The translations under genes were made by a program, and so were the position numbers. Shown here piece by piece: positions 29,817-39,529 of a DNA stretch of 64,000 nt. The notes beneath the pieces were generated by a model. It had not been told where the DNA came from, made no database searches, and saw only the letters and a list, made by a program, of their open reading frames with translations. The stretch comes from Acidimicrobiia bacterium. GTDB taxonomy: Bacteria; Actinomycetota; Acidimicrobiia; Spongiisociales; Spongiisociaceae. Each line of letters opens with the position of its first letter. The stretch's first letter is position 1. The stretch lies in the NCBI GenBank assembly GCA_041576165.1, contig JBFGLM010000001.1, positions 151,176 through 215,175 of the forward strand, in the 5' to 3' direction.

Positions 29817-30986
29817 ATGTCCGACCTTCTTGCCCAAATCCGCCGTCTGGCGGGCCAAACCGCCGACGAGATGGTGGAGCTGCGGCGCGAGATTCACCGC
29901 CACCCCGAACTGGGCCACGAAGAGTTCGAGACCACCAAACGGGTAGCTCACGCGCTCAACGCGGCGGGCATCCAGACTCGCAGCCGTATCACGGCTACCG
30001 GGCTCATCGCAGACGTCGGGTGTGAACGCCCGATCGTTGGCTTTCGGGCAGATCTGGATGCTCTGCCGATCGAGGAGCGCACCAACGTTCCCTACCGCTC
30101 CCAGGTCCCGGGCGCCATGCACGCCTGTGGCCACGACGCCCACACGGCCATCGGTGTCGGCATTGCCCGGGTGCTCAACCAACTTGACCTTCCGGGGACC
30201 GTGCGGTTCGTGTTCCAGCCGGCAGAGGAGGTTTTCCCAGGAGGGGCGTATGACCTGGTGCGCGAGGGCGTAACCGACGGCATGTCGTCGATCATGGCTT
30301 TTCACGTCGACCCTTCCATGAAGGCAGGCAAGGTGGGTTTGCGGGCCGGGGCGATCACCAGCTCATCGGACCGCTTCTCGATCGAGGTTGAAGGCCCGGG
30401 CGGGCACACAGCCCGCCCGCATGAGACGGTCGATGCGATTCACGCCGCCGCCAAGGTGGTCACCGACCTGCCGGCGTTGCTCGATCGGCTGGTCGACGCC
30501 CGGCAGCCTTTCGCGGTGGTCTTCGGCCAGATCCACGGCGGCCACGTCGACAACGTCATACCGTCGCTGGTGACATTGTCGGGAACCTGCCGGGCGCTCG
30601 ACCGTGAGCTGTGGGATTCGTTGCCCCTACTGGTGGAGCGGCTGGCGCACGAAATCGTGGCGCCGTACGGCGCCAAAGCGGTAGTCCGGTACCAGCGGGG
30701 TATACCCCCCGTGGTCAACGACCCGCACGTCACGACCACCCTCGAGCGGGCGCTCACGGTCGCCCTCGGCGACCAGGCCGTCGGGCTGACGATGGCCAGC
30801 TTGGGAGCCGAAGATTTCTCGCGCTACCTGGAGGTCGTTCCCGGCTCCCTGGTCCGCCTGGGGGTGGGATTCGGGGAGGCTGCGCGCGATCTCCATTCAG
30901 CGTCGTTCGATCTGGATGAAGCCGCCATCGAGGTCGGGATCATCGGCGGGGCCTACGGACTGATCGAATTGCTCGCCGCCGGCTGA
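29817..30986 (+). CDS. M20D family amidohydrolase
   Basis: HPEL, RADLDALP, HACGHD, FQPAEE, GGH and AEDF motifs. Confidence 0.94.
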   Translation: MSDLLAQIRRLAGQTADEMVELRREIHRHPELGHEEFETTKRVAHALNAAGIQTRSRITATGLIADVGCERPIVGFRADLDALPIEERTNVPYRSQVPGAMHACGHDAHTAIGVGIARVLNQLDLPGTVRFVFQPAEEVFPGGAYDLVREGVTDGMSSIMAFHVDPSMKAGKVGLRAGAITSSSDRFSIEVEGPGGHTARPHETVDAIHAAAKVVTDLPALLDRLVDARQPFAVVFGQIHGGHVDNVIPSLVTLSGTCRALDRELWDSLPLLVERLAHEIVAPYGAKAVVRYQRGIPPVVNDPHVTTTLERALTVALGDQAVGLTMASLGAEDFSRYLEVVPGSLVRLGVGFGEAARDLHSASFDLDEAAIEVGIIGGAYGLIELLAAG

Positions 30987-30999
30987 CAGGCGGATTCGG

Positions 31000-32019
31000 T
31001 TATTCGACCTCAAAGCCTTCCGCAGCCAGCGCGTCCCGCAGCGGCTCGCCTTCACCCGGCCGTACAGACAGGGTGAGCACACCACCGCCGCCGTGCGGAG
31101 CATGGCGCAACTGCAGGTCCCGCACATCGGCCGACGAGGTCTCGAGGGCGCGGCCCACGGCGGCAATCTCGCCCGGTTTGTCCTGGAGCACGACTCGGAT
31201 GCGCACGAGCGACGGAGCCAGGTTCAACCGCCGGTCGCGGGCCAGCGCCAGCCGCTGGTGGAGGCCGTCGAGGTCGCCGCTGGCCGCCACGTCCCGGAGC
31301 AATTCCAGCTCGGCGATGACCTGATCAATCGCCTTTCCCAGCTGATCGGCGTTGGCCACGAGCACCGCCGGCCACCAGCCTGTATCGGACGCAGCCACCC
31401 GGGTCAAATCCCGGAAGCTGCCGGCAGCGAGCACGGCAGAGGTGTCGTCCTCCGCGACTCCGGTCAGCAGGGCCGCAGCCAGCAAGTGCGGGACGTGAGA
31501 AATCTGAGCAACCGATCGATCGTGCTCGGCTGCAGTCATCTGGCGCGGGTTGGCGCCCATCGAGGCCACGACGGCGCTCACCGCTTCGACGTCGCCCGGA
31601 ACTGCGCCGTCGGTCGTTATCACCCACGCCGCTCCCCTGAACAGCGAGCCGCTCGCCGCCCTGGGACCGGCATGCTCTCGACCCGCCATCGGGTGACCAC
31701 CGACGAACCGGATCGCTCGTGGCGCGGCATCGACCACCGGTTGTTTGACGCCCGCCACATCGGTGACCAGCGCGTCGGTGTCGATCCGACCCAGGGACGA
31801 GAGGATCCCGTAGAGGGGGCCAGCCAGGAACACGATCTCTGCGGTAGCAACCGCCGACTGCTCGGATTCCGCCGGCTCGCTGATTGCTCCCATCTCCGTG
31901 GCGATCACGAGCGACTCCGGGTCGGTGTCCCAGCCGACTGTCCGCCACCCCAGCCGCGACAGCTCGAGCCCGATGGACGCACCAATCAGGCCGGTACCGA
32001 GAATCGCTGCAGTCCGCAT
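31000..32019 (-). CDS. tyrA: Prephenate/arogenate dehydrogenase with ACT domain
   Basis: GTGLIGAS, GGHPMAGRE, EHD, SHVPH, FRDLTRVA; DKPG ACT motif. Confidence 0.92.
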   Translation of the reverse strand: MRTAAILGTGLIGASIGLELSRLGWRTVGWDTDPESLVIATEMGAISEPAESEQSAVATAEIVFLAGPLYGILSSLGRIDTDALVTDVAGVKQPVVDAAPRAIRFVGGHPMAGREHAGPRAASGSLFRGAAWVITTDGAVPGDVEAVSAVVASMGANPRQMTAAEHDRSVAQISHVPHLLAAALLTGVAEDDTSAVLAAGSFRDLTRVAASDTGWWPAVLVANADQLGKAIDQVIAELELLRDVAASGDLDGLHQRLALARDRRLNLAPSLVRIRVVLQDKPGEIAAVGRALETSSADVRDLQLRHAPHGGGGVLTLSVRPGEGEPLRDALAAEGFEVE

Positions 32020-32033
32020 TGCCACTGCCCGAG

Positions 32034-32258
32034 CTACTCCAGGATCGTGAACCGGCGCGCTTCCCACCCCGACTTGCTCAGCCCCGTGTGCACCGCGGGT
32101 GCCATGGCATCCGGCCACACCGAAACGACCATCGCCGTGTCGCCATCCACTGCTGGGATGACCACCTGGCACTGGGGGTCTTCCATCATCTCATCGGCCA
32201 GCTCGACCAGGGCAGCGAGGTGGGAACGGTCTTCCGCGGTGATGACGATCAGTTGCAC
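32034..32258 (-). CDS. Small hypothetical protein upstream of tyrA
   Basis: 74 aa; TACGAT 6 nt before the GTG supports this start. Confidence 0.6.
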   Translation of the reverse strand: MQLIVITAEDRSHLAALVELADEMMEDPQCQVVIPAVDGDTAMVVSVWPDAMAPAVHTGLSKSGWEARRFTILE

Positions 32259-32337
32259 TGTCCCATCGTATCCAGCCACCGCATGGGGGCATCACATGCA
32301 GGCGTATATAGGCCTACCCAGCTGGTTCGTCCGGTCT

Positions 32338-32367
32338 GCTTGCAATTGTTAGCGATTTGCGTATAAT
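32338..32367 (+). promoter_or_regulatory. SigA-type promoter with overlapping imperfect 16-bp palindrome
   Basis: TTGCAA-16 nt-TATAAT, 7 nt before GTG 32375; palindrome GCTTGCAATTGTTAGC. Confidence 0.7.
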
Positions 32368-32374
32368 GGCAAGC

Positions 32375-32764
32375 GTGAACGAGCCAGGTGCATCGAGGTC
32401 CGACGAACCGTCTGACGGCTTGGATTTGGGCGCCTTCATACGCCAGCAACGGCAACGCTCGGCCATCTCGCTTCGCAAGCTGGCTGATCTCGCGGGCATT
32501 TCGAACCCGTACCTCAGCCAGATCGAACGGGGGCTGCGCAAGCCGTCTGCCGAAATCCTGAGATCAATCGCCCGAGGATTGTCGATCTCGGCCGAGACCA
32601 TGTATTCGCGAGCCGGCCTGCTCGAGGAGCGACGGCCGCGGCCGACCGTGGTGGAGGCAGTTGAGGCCGACCCCGATCTCGACGCACGACAGCGACAAGT
32701 GCTCCTGGATGTGTACCGGACCTTCGTCCGGGAATCCCAGGACCGCACAGAGGAGACGACATGA
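32375..32764 (+). CDS. XRE-family HTH regulator (Rv0474/MLDSR-like)
   Basis: SLRKLADLAGISNPYLSQIERGLRKPSAEIL. Confidence 0.92.
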   Translation: MNEPGASRSDEPSDGLDLGAFIRQQRQRSAISLRKLADLAGISNPYLSQIERGLRKPSAEILRSIARGLSISAETMYSRAGLLEERRPRPTVVEAVEADPDLDARQRQVLLDVYRTFVRESQDRTEETT

Positions 32765-33240
32765 TCGAAACGACCAAGAAAGCGTTTTACGCAGCGGTAG
32801 GCGCGCCGGTAGTGGTGACGAAGCGCGCCGGCGAGGTGTTGGAAGAGTGGACCAAGAAGGCCAAGGACCTCCGTTCGAGCGTCAGCGAGGACGTTCGGAA
32901 AGAATTCGCCTCGTGGACGGCCGAGGGCGAGCGGGTCGTGACCCGGGTTTCAGAGCAACCCGTGGTGGAAGACATCGCCTCTCGCCTTGATATCGACGGC
33001 CAAGTGGGCAAGCTGCGCGAACAGCTCGATGACATCCTCGAATCATGGCGCAAGAACTTCCGGCCGCCTGCTGAGAAGATCGAGGTGACCTCGGCGCCCA
33101 AGCATCCTGCAGCCGAGACGGCACCCGCCGCCACGCAGGCCGCAGCCAAGAAGCCGGCCGCCAAGAAGCCGGCCGCCAAGAGCACAGCCGCAAAGAAGGC
33201 AACGACCGCCGGTAAGTCGACGACCAAGACGTCCGCCTGA
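32761..33240 (+). CDS. HBHA/TadA(MLDS)- or phasin-like protein with Lys/Ala/Pro tail
   Basis: FYAAVGA N-terminus, amphipathic helices, AAKKPAAKKPAAK tail, ATGA overlap with the XRE gene. Confidence 0.75.
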   Translation: MIETTKKAFYAAVGAPVVVTKRAGEVLEEWTKKAKDLRSSVSEDVRKEFASWTAEGERVVTRVSEQPVVEDIASRLDIDGQVGKLREQLDDILESWRKNFRPPAEKIEVTSAPKHPAAETAPAATQAAAKKPAAKKPAAKSTAAKKATTAGKSTTKTSA

Positions 33241-33253
33241 CCGAGACGATCGC

Positions 33254-33291
33254 GAAAGAGGGCGGGAGCCGATTGGCCCCCGCCCTCTTTC
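33254..33291. terminator. Bidirectional terminator hairpin
   Basis: gaaagagggcggg..cccgccctctttc between convergent genes. Confidence 0.85.
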
Positions 33292-33299
33292 TACTCCGC

Positions 33300-33704
33300 T
33301 CAGTACTTGACCACCGGATCCAGCGCCTGCGCGCGATCGATCCAGCCGGCGACCATTGACTCTGTCGGGAGACGGCGCACCAGCCGCTTGGAGTCATTGA
33401 CCACGAGCATCTTGGCTGTGAGCGATTTGGCGCTCCTCCGACGCAGTTCTTTGACCGTGTCGACGCCCGATGCTTCCAGCAGATCTGAGTATTCGGAACC
33501 AACGCCTTTCACTCGCATGAGATCGGCCCGGTTGACCCACTCCAGAATCTGACGCTCGGTGAGGCCGGTTGCCGATGCGATGTCCTTGCGACCACTTCGA
33601 GTTGCCCCCCGCCTCAGCAACGCCTCGGTCGTGCGGATGTTGGACTTCCGCAGCTTCGTTGCGTTCTTCGGCCCAATGCCCTCGATATAGTCGATCGACG
33701 CCAT
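33300..33704 (-). CDS. DUF4332 (helix-hairpin-helix) protein
   Basis: IEGIGP, WVNRADLMRVKGVG..YSDLLE..GVDTV.EL motifs. Confidence 0.92.
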   Translation of the reverse strand: MASIDYIEGIGPKNATKLRKSNIRTTEALLRRGATRSGRKDIASATGLTERQILEWVNRADLMRVKGVGSEYSDLLEASGVDTVKELRRRSAKSLTAKMLVVNDSKRLVRRLPTESMVAGWIDRAQALDPVVKY

Positions 33705-33839
33705 CCGCCGTCCTTTCGTCCTCGTCCCTCCGCCTGCCCGCCCGCGCTTGAGCTGGTTGGAGTGCTTGAGCGGCGACAGCCTAAAGCAAGCGGCCGCTTG
33801 GTTTCCACTCCGCCCGACAGCCACCGGCGCGTCAGCAGC

Positions 33840-34433
33840 TCAGCGCGGTCGCAGCTCCTCGAGGTCGGCCACCGTGTCCACATCGCGCGGCGGTAGCTGC
33901 TCGAACCAGACTTCATGGACCCAATCGGGGTGTGCCTGCAGCAGGTGGCGGGCTCCGGAATCTCCCTCGAGGCTCATTATCCGGGGCCAGAGCGTTCGGG
34001 AGATCACGACCGGGTTTCCCCACGTGTACCGGTATTTGGGTACCGCCGCCAGCGCTCGGCTCTGGCTGTGTTCACCGAGCAGAGTTTCGACCGTGGTTTG
34101 TTCGACACGCGGCTGGTCGCCCAAGGCAATCACTACCCGATCGATGGCGACCTCCTGCATGAGCGCGTCGAGTCCCACCCGCAGGGAGGCGGCCATCCCC
34201 TCCTCCCAGTCGGGGTTGATGACGACCGTAGTGCCGCCGAAATCGACGGCATCGAGCACCCGCTCCGCATCACAGCCGAGCACAACGAAGACTTCGTCGA
34301 CCGGCCACCGCTGGACCATCTTGACGACATGCTCCAGGAGCGGCACTCCGCCCCAGTCGGCCAGCTGTTTGGACGAACCCATGCGACGGGAGCCACCCGC
34401 TGCGAGAATCAGCGCCGCCGTCTTCACGGCCAC
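33840..34433 (-). CDS. mocA: Molybdenum cofactor cytidylyltransferase (MocA-like)
   Basis: LAAGGSRRMG..KQL, NPDWEEGM..SL, LGDQP, GD.GAR and DVDT motifs. Confidence 0.88.
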   Translation of the reverse strand: MAVKTAALILAAGGSRRMGSSKQLADWGGVPLLEHVVKMVQRWPVDEVFVVLGCDAERVLDAVDFGGTTVVINPDWEEGMAASLRVGLDALMQEVAIDRVVIALGDQPRVEQTTVETLLGEHSQSRALAAVPKYRYTWGNPVVISRTLWPRIMSLEGDSGARHLLQAHPDWVHEVWFEQLPPRDVDTVADLEELRPR

Positions 34434-34454
34434 CGGTGACTACTTCCCAGCACC

Positions 34455-35246
34455 TCAGACATCACCTTCGTCTTCAGTCCGCTGCAGGTGTACCCGACCC
34501 TGGCGTCCCTTCAGGGACTCACCCGACCCTGATCCGTATCGAACCTGGATCATTTCGGCCAGAATCGACACGGCAACCTCCGCCGGCTGCTCGGCGCCGA
34601 TGTCCAGGCCGACCGGGCCATAGATCCGGGCGATCTGCTCGTCCGAATAGCCGGCGGCTGCCAGGCGTTCCCGGCGCATGTTGTGGGTACGCCGCGAGCC
34701 CATGGCGCCGATGTACCGGACCGGGCTGTCGAGCACCGCCGGCAAGACCGGCTCTTCGAACCTGGCGTCGTGGCTCAAGATCACCACATAGGTGCGGCGA
34801 TCCATCACGAGCTGATCCATCACCTCATCTGGCCACCCAATGATCACCGAGTCGGCTTCGGGGAACCGCTCCCGGGTCGTGAAGGCGGGCCGGGCGTCGT
34901 TGACGGTCACGCGGAAGCCGAGTTCTTTGGCCATACTGGACAGCGGCTGCGCAATGTGCACCGCGCCGAAGATGAGCAAGTGCGGCTGGGGGGCGATCGT
35001 CTCGATGTACACCTCGCGCTCACCGTAGGCCAGTGTGCGACTCTGCTCCGTGGCCATGAGGGTCATGGCGTCGGCCAGGACGTCGTCCGCGATGTCGTCG
35101 GGCAGTGAGCCGGAGACGTAGCCGGCGTCGATGTCGATCACTGCCGCTTGCCCCGTGTCGGCGCCGCCGATAACCACGGCCCTGGCACCCAGCTGCTCTT
35201 TCTCGATGAGCTGGCGTACGGCCGAGAGATCCTGTTCGGTCACCAT
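34455..35246 (-). CDS. XdhC/CoxI family protein, C-terminal Rossmann part
   Basis: [27 protein letters not shown] and EVAVSILAE motifs. Confidence 0.92.
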   Translation of the reverse strand: MVTEQDLSAVRQLIEKEQLGARAVVIGGADTGQAAVIDIDAGYVSGSLPDDIADDVLADAMTLMATEQSRTLAYGEREVYIETIAPQPHLLIFGAVHIAQPLSSMAKELGFRVTVNDARPAFTTRERFPEADSVIIGWPDEVMDQLVMDRRTYVVILSHDARFEEPVLPAVLDSPVRYIGAMGSRRTHNMRRERLAAAGYSDEQIARIYGPVGLDIGAEQPAEVAVSILAEMIQVRYGSGSGESLKGRQGRVHLQRTEDEGDV

Positions 35247-35548
35247 TTCTCGATGTACACCTGGATCGTGCCGCCGCAGGCAAGGCCTACCTCAAACGCG
35301 TCCTCATCGGCGATGCCGTATGTGACGAGCCGGGGGGTGCCGGACTCGAGCACCTGCTCGGCATGCAGAAAGACGTCGTTCTCGACGCAGCCTCCGCTCA
35401 CAGAGCCCTCCATGTCCCCGGCAGACGATACGAGGAACTTGGCCCCTTCGGGGCGAGGAGCCGATCCCTGGACCCGGACGACCGTTGCGACAGCCACGTC
35501 CTTGCCCTCGGCCGCCCATGCGTCCCGTATGTGCATGGCATCGATCAT
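35240..35548 (-). CDS. XdhC/CoxF family protein, N-terminal part
   Basis: [20 protein letters not shown] and GLACGG motifs. Confidence 0.92.
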   Translation of the reverse strand: MIDAMHIRDAWAAEGKDVAVATVVRVQGSAPRPEGAKFLVSSAGDMEGSVSGGCVENDVFLHAEQVLESGTPRLVTYGIADEDAFEVGLACGGTIQVYIEKW

Positions 35549-35555
35549 GCGAACC

Positions 35556-36680
35556 TCACCTCTTGCTTGGTACGGACTCTAGAAGCCGCACGACCTCACT
35601 GAGGTCGGACAGGCTGGCGGACGGCAGGAAATCGTCGATGTAGGGCAGCGCGATACGCATCCCCCGCGTCTCCGGCGCGTAGCCCTCCCGGCCGGCCAGA
35701 GGGTTCAACCAGACGACCCGATGCACGCTCCGGTGGAAGCGGGCCATTTGATCCTTCAGCAGGACCGGGTCTCCGCGGTCCCAGCCGTCGCTGATGATGA
35801 CCCCGACCGGCCCGCCCCGCGTCACCCTCCGGCTCCAGCGCCGATTGAAGGTCTCCAGGGTTTCGCCGATTCGGGTGCCACCAGACCAGTCGTGCACCGA
35901 TTCGGCCACCAACCGCAGGGCCGCCGCCGGGTCGCGTCGGCGCAGTTCGTGGGTCACCCGCGTCAGCCTGGTGGAGAAGACGAACGTCTCGACACGTCCC
36001 ATCCGGGCGGGAGCGGCGTGAGCGAAGTAGAGGATCATCTCGGCGTACTTCTCCATCGAGCCGCTCACGTCCGCGAGGATCACGAGCGGCCGCTTCCGCG
36101 GCTTGCGAGCCGAGAACTCCATCGGAAGGAGATCCGATTCAGGTCCGACGATGTTGCGGAGTGTGCGGCGCATGTCAGGACGCCGTCCTCGTACGTCGGC
36201 CACCCAGCGTCGACTGAGCGCGTCGGCCGGGTGCCAGATCATGCGGGCGATCAGCCTGCGCACCTCTGCGATCTCCTCGGGCGTCAGCTCGCTGAAGTCA
36301 CGTTTCGCCAGTCGCTCGGCATGCGAAGCACCAAGCTGTTCGGTGGTTTCGCGGATGTCATCTTCCGGCAGGTCCGGGGCGTCCGAGCCGAGGGTGGGGA
36401 CCTGCACCGTGACGCGCTCGGGTGGGGTGATGAGCCTGGGTCGAGGCTGGCGCCACCCATGCCCGAAGAAGACGGCGAACGCGTCATCGAACACCGGGAG
36501 GTCCTCGCGCCGGGTGACGGTCATCGCCCGGAACGCGTGATACGCGTCGTCGCGGTTGGACAGGCCCAGCAGCTCGATGGCGTTCGCCAGCTCGGCCCCG
36601 GTGCCCGGGACCGTCTCGATGCCCCGGGCTCGCAGATAGCGAACGAAGTGGACCAGGTTGTCGGTGAAGACGGTGTTCAC
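35556..36680 (-). CDS. coxE: CoxE-like VWA domain protein
   Basis: [26 protein letters not shown] and WLNPL motifs. Confidence 0.92.
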   Translation of the reverse strand: MNTVFTDNLVHFVRYLRARGIETVPGTGAELANAIELLGLSNRDDAYHAFRAMTVTRREDLPVFDDAFAVFFGHGWRQPRPRLITPPERVTVQVPTLGSDAPDLPEDDIRETTEQLGASHAERLAKRDFSELTPEEIAEVRRLIARMIWHPADALSRRWVADVRGRRPDMRRTLRNIVGPESDLLPMEFSARKPRKRPLVILADVSGSMEKYAEMILYFAHAAPARMGRVETFVFSTRLTRVTHELRRRDPAAALRLVAESVHDWSGGTRIGETLETFNRRWSRRVTRGGPVGVIISDGWDRGDPVLLKDQMARFHRSVHRVVWLNPLAGREGYAPETRGMRIALPYIDDFLPSASLSDLSEVVRLLESVPSKR

Positions 36681-36741
36681 GCCCTGGAGAGTAGAGCGGT
36701 GCTGGAACCACGGCGATCGCCGTCCGCTCGGCCGGTCCCGG

Positions 36742-37923
36742 TCAGCTGCCGGCTAGCTCCGCCAGGGGTGGCCCGCCGGCGTCGCGGTTCCACTCGAAGT
36801 GGCCGCCATCGGTGAATGTCCAGCCGCCGCCCCAGGCGAAACCGTGCGAGCGGAATATCTCGACGATTTCCGGATGCATGTCGACCGCGCCGCCGTACGG
36901 ATTCGAACTGGGATTGAAGTCGACGGCAACGCCCCACGCGTGGCGGGAGATGGCGCCTCCCTTGTCCCCGCCACGGATCACCCGCGGCACCCAGCAGCCT
37001 CCAGCGAGCTGGAAATCTGCGTAGGAGAGTTCGCCCGACAGCCCGGCTTCGATGACATCCTGGATGGCGGACCGTACGAGCGGGGCAATCGCCCGGTGGC
37101 AACGGAAGGGGCCAACTAGCGGCAGCTCGACCTCCACAATATTGGTCTCCCGCCAGCCCGGCTCAATCTGAATCAGATCACCCCGGCCGGTCTTCCGGTA
37201 GGCAAACTCACCGAAACGTTGCTTGATGAGCACCGTCGGCACCACAGAGTCCGGGTTCCAGGGATCGTCACTGCTATCGACCCGCAGGCGCCGATCCGGG
37301 AGCGCTCGCCACAGCTCGATGATTGCCTGATCCCTCGGTTCGAAGTCCCACATGACGAGCGCGGAAGGCCGCCAGAAACCGAATCGCGCCGCATCGTCGA
37401 GGTCGAATGCCAGCTCCGCCCAGTTCACCAGCCGGTCCGGAACCACCAAGCCGATCCGGCGCGCGTGCACCTGGTTGTCCCAGCCGAGGAACTCGATCAC
37501 GTCGCCGGGACGGGCGCCCCGCAGTGCAGCCGAGGTCTCCCCCATCACCGCCAGGCCCCTGGCCAGGGCGTTGGCAACTTGGCGACTGGTTATAGGGGCT
37601 GCACGACCGGCCGCGAGCGCAATCGCCGACATGGGTATTTGGAACCCCGGGGGCGGAGCCTGGACGGTTTGGTCTTTGCGAGTGACCGAGAGCAGATTGA
37701 TCGTTCCGGCGTGGATCTCAGCGGCCGAGATACCGTTGCGGGCGGCAGCGGACATGGCGGCGTCCACAACGACCGCCTCGAGGCCTCCCGGCTGGTACAG
37801 CGTCACGGTGGCTGTGTCGACGTCGTCGAAGGCGACCGCCGGGGCGGCGGGAACCAGCCACATCGGCAGCAGCCACAGGCCGCCGGCTGCCAGCCAGCGT
37901 TTGCGATTGGGGGTGAGCCTCAT
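36742..37923 (-). CDS. Exported M15-family (VanY/D,D-peptidase-like) metallopeptidase
   Basis: Signal peptide; SRHAWGVAVDFN and GFAWGG.W..DGGHFE motifs. Confidence 0.85.
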   Translation of the reverse strand: MRLTPNRKRWLAAGGLWLLPMWLVPAAPAVAFDDVDTATVTLYQPGGLEAVVVDAAMSAAARNGISAAEIHAGTINLLSVTRKDQTVQAPPPGFQIPMSAIALAAGRAAPITSRQVANALARGLAVMGETSAALRGARPGDVIEFLGWDNQVHARRIGLVVPDRLVNWAELAFDLDDAARFGFWRPSALVMWDFEPRDQAIIELWRALPDRRLRVDSSDDPWNPDSVVPTVLIKQRFGEFAYRKTGRGDLIQIEPGWRETNIVEVELPLVGPFRCHRAIAPLVRSAIQDVIEAGLSGELSYADFQLAGGCWVPRVIRGGDKGGAISRHAWGVAVDFNPSSNPYGGAVDMHPEIVEIFRSHGFAWGGGWTFTDGGHFEWNRDAGGPPLAELAGS

Positions 37924-37967
37924 GTCGGTCGCGCCATTCCAGCAGAACGGGGACGAACCGGGACTTA

Positions 37968-38852
37968 TCAGCCCGCGGCGAGCAGTTTCTCGACGCCCAG
38001 CGACCGGACGCGCTCGATGTCCTCTTGGTACTTCAGCACGACCCCCAGCGTGTCCTCCGCGACCTGCGGTTCCAGCCGGGTGCTGCCCAGCGCCTGCAGG
38101 GCCGACGCCCAGTCGAGAGTTTCGGCTACCCCCGGCGGCTTGAACAGGTCCAGCTCACGGAGCTTCTCCATCGCCGACGCCAGCTGCACCGCCAGCTGCT
38201 CGTCGACATCAGGCACCTTGCGCCGGACGATCGCCGCTTCTCGCTCGAAGGTCGGGTAGTCGATCCAGTGGTAGATGCAGCGCCGTTTGAGTGCATCATG
38301 GATCTCACGCGTGCGGTTGGACGTGATCACAACGACGGGCGGCCGCTCGGCGCGGATGGTGCCGATCTCGGGGATCGTGATCTGGAAGTCGGACAGAAGC
38401 TCAAGCAAGTAAGCCTCGAACTCCTCGTCCGCCCGGTCGAGTTCGTCGATGAGGAGCACCGGCCGGACGCCATCCCGGGAGCGCTCGATCGCCTCGAGCA
38501 GCGGCCGGGCTACGAGGTACTCACGGCTCATGACGTCCGAGACCGTGGCGGATGACGCATCGTGTGACGCCTCCAACAGCCGGATGGCCATCATCTGGCG
38601 CGCATAGTCCCATTCGTACAGGGCGTGGCCCGCGTCCAGACCTTCGTAACACTGCAAACGTATGAGCGGTTGCCCGGCGATCGCCGCCAGCACCTTGGCC
38701 ACTTCGGTTTTGCCAACGCCCGCCTCGCCTTCCAGGAACAGCGGTCTCCCGAGTTTCAGCGCAAGGAAGATCGCGACGGCCAGCGCGCGATCAGCCACGT
38801 ATTTCTCGGAAGCCAAAGCATCGACCACGTCATCGACTGATTTGATACTCAC
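37968..38852 (-). CDS. coxD: CoxD-like MoxR AAA+ ATPase
   Basis: GEAGVGKT, RLQCYEG, LIDELDRADEEFEA and HDALKRRC motifs. Confidence 0.94.
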   Translation of the reverse strand: MSIKSVDDVVDALASEKYVADRALAVAIFLALKLGRPLFLEGEAGVGKTEVAKVLAAIAGQPLIRLQCYEGLDAGHALYEWDYARQMMAIRLLEASHDASSATVSDVMSREYLVARPLLEAIERSRDGVRPVLLIDELDRADEEFEAYLLELLSDFQITIPEIGTIRAERPPVVVITSNRTREIHDALKRRCIYHWIDYPTFEREAAIVRRKVPDVDEQLAVQLASAMEKLRELDLFKPPGVAETLDWASALQALGSTRLEPQVAEDTLGVVLKYQEDIERVRSLGVEKLLAAG

Positions 38853-38922
38853 GGCGGAGAGCTTAGAGCGTCGGGGCGGTTTGGCCGATCCGGGACGGCA
38901 GCAGCTTCATTAGCGTTACGCC

Positions 38923-39249
38923 ATGGAAGTGCCTGCGGCGATACCCCAGGTCACGGCTCAGGAGGCCCACGAGCGGCTGGCGGCGGGAGCGCTGCTCATC
39001 GACGTGCGTGAGCCGAAGGAATGGGCTCGGGTTCGGATCCCGGGCGCGATGTCCCGGCCGATGTCGGAGATAAACGACTGGTGGCTGGAGCTACCGGATG
39101 ACCGCGAACTCATCTTCCAGTGCCGGTCCGGCGCCCGATCGGGCCGGGTAGTCGAAGCGCTCATCAGCCAGGCCGGCTTCACGAACGTCACGAATCTGGC
39201 CGGCGGTCTCGTCTCCTGGGCCGAGGCGGGTTACGAGCTGGAGCGCTGA
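38923..39249 (+). CDS. Single-domain rhodanese (sulfurtransferase)
   Basis: IDVREP.EW, CRSGARS active loop, LAGG..W. Confidence 0.92.
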   Translation: MEVPAAIPQVTAQEAHERLAAGALLIDVREPKEWARVRIPGAMSRPMSEINDWWLELPDDRELIFQCRSGARSGRVVEALISQAGFTNVTNLAGGLVSWAEAGYELER

Positions 39250-39529
39250 ACGCATGACCGCTCCCTTGAACCTGCTCGACACGATGGGTGCGACTCCCCG
39301 CCCGCAATGTCCGACGACCCCAACGTGACTTCGGGCCGGAACGCAGGACTGGCCGCAACGGGGGAGGCCGGAATGTACGACGGGCCCCACATCAAGTGGG
39401 ACCCGTCAGCAGCCTCCATCATCCCGAAGCAGGTGGTAGGGAACCTGCATCGAGCTGGACGACACAACTGTACCACAGGCGCGCCCGGATCGTGAGACCC
39501 GACGGCGTTCTGCTAGACGTCGCTCGAAA

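Noticed and set aside
35240-35246. TGA between the two xdhC halves as Sec
   Set aside because: The halves are in different frames with an ATGGTGA overlap, a normal split gene
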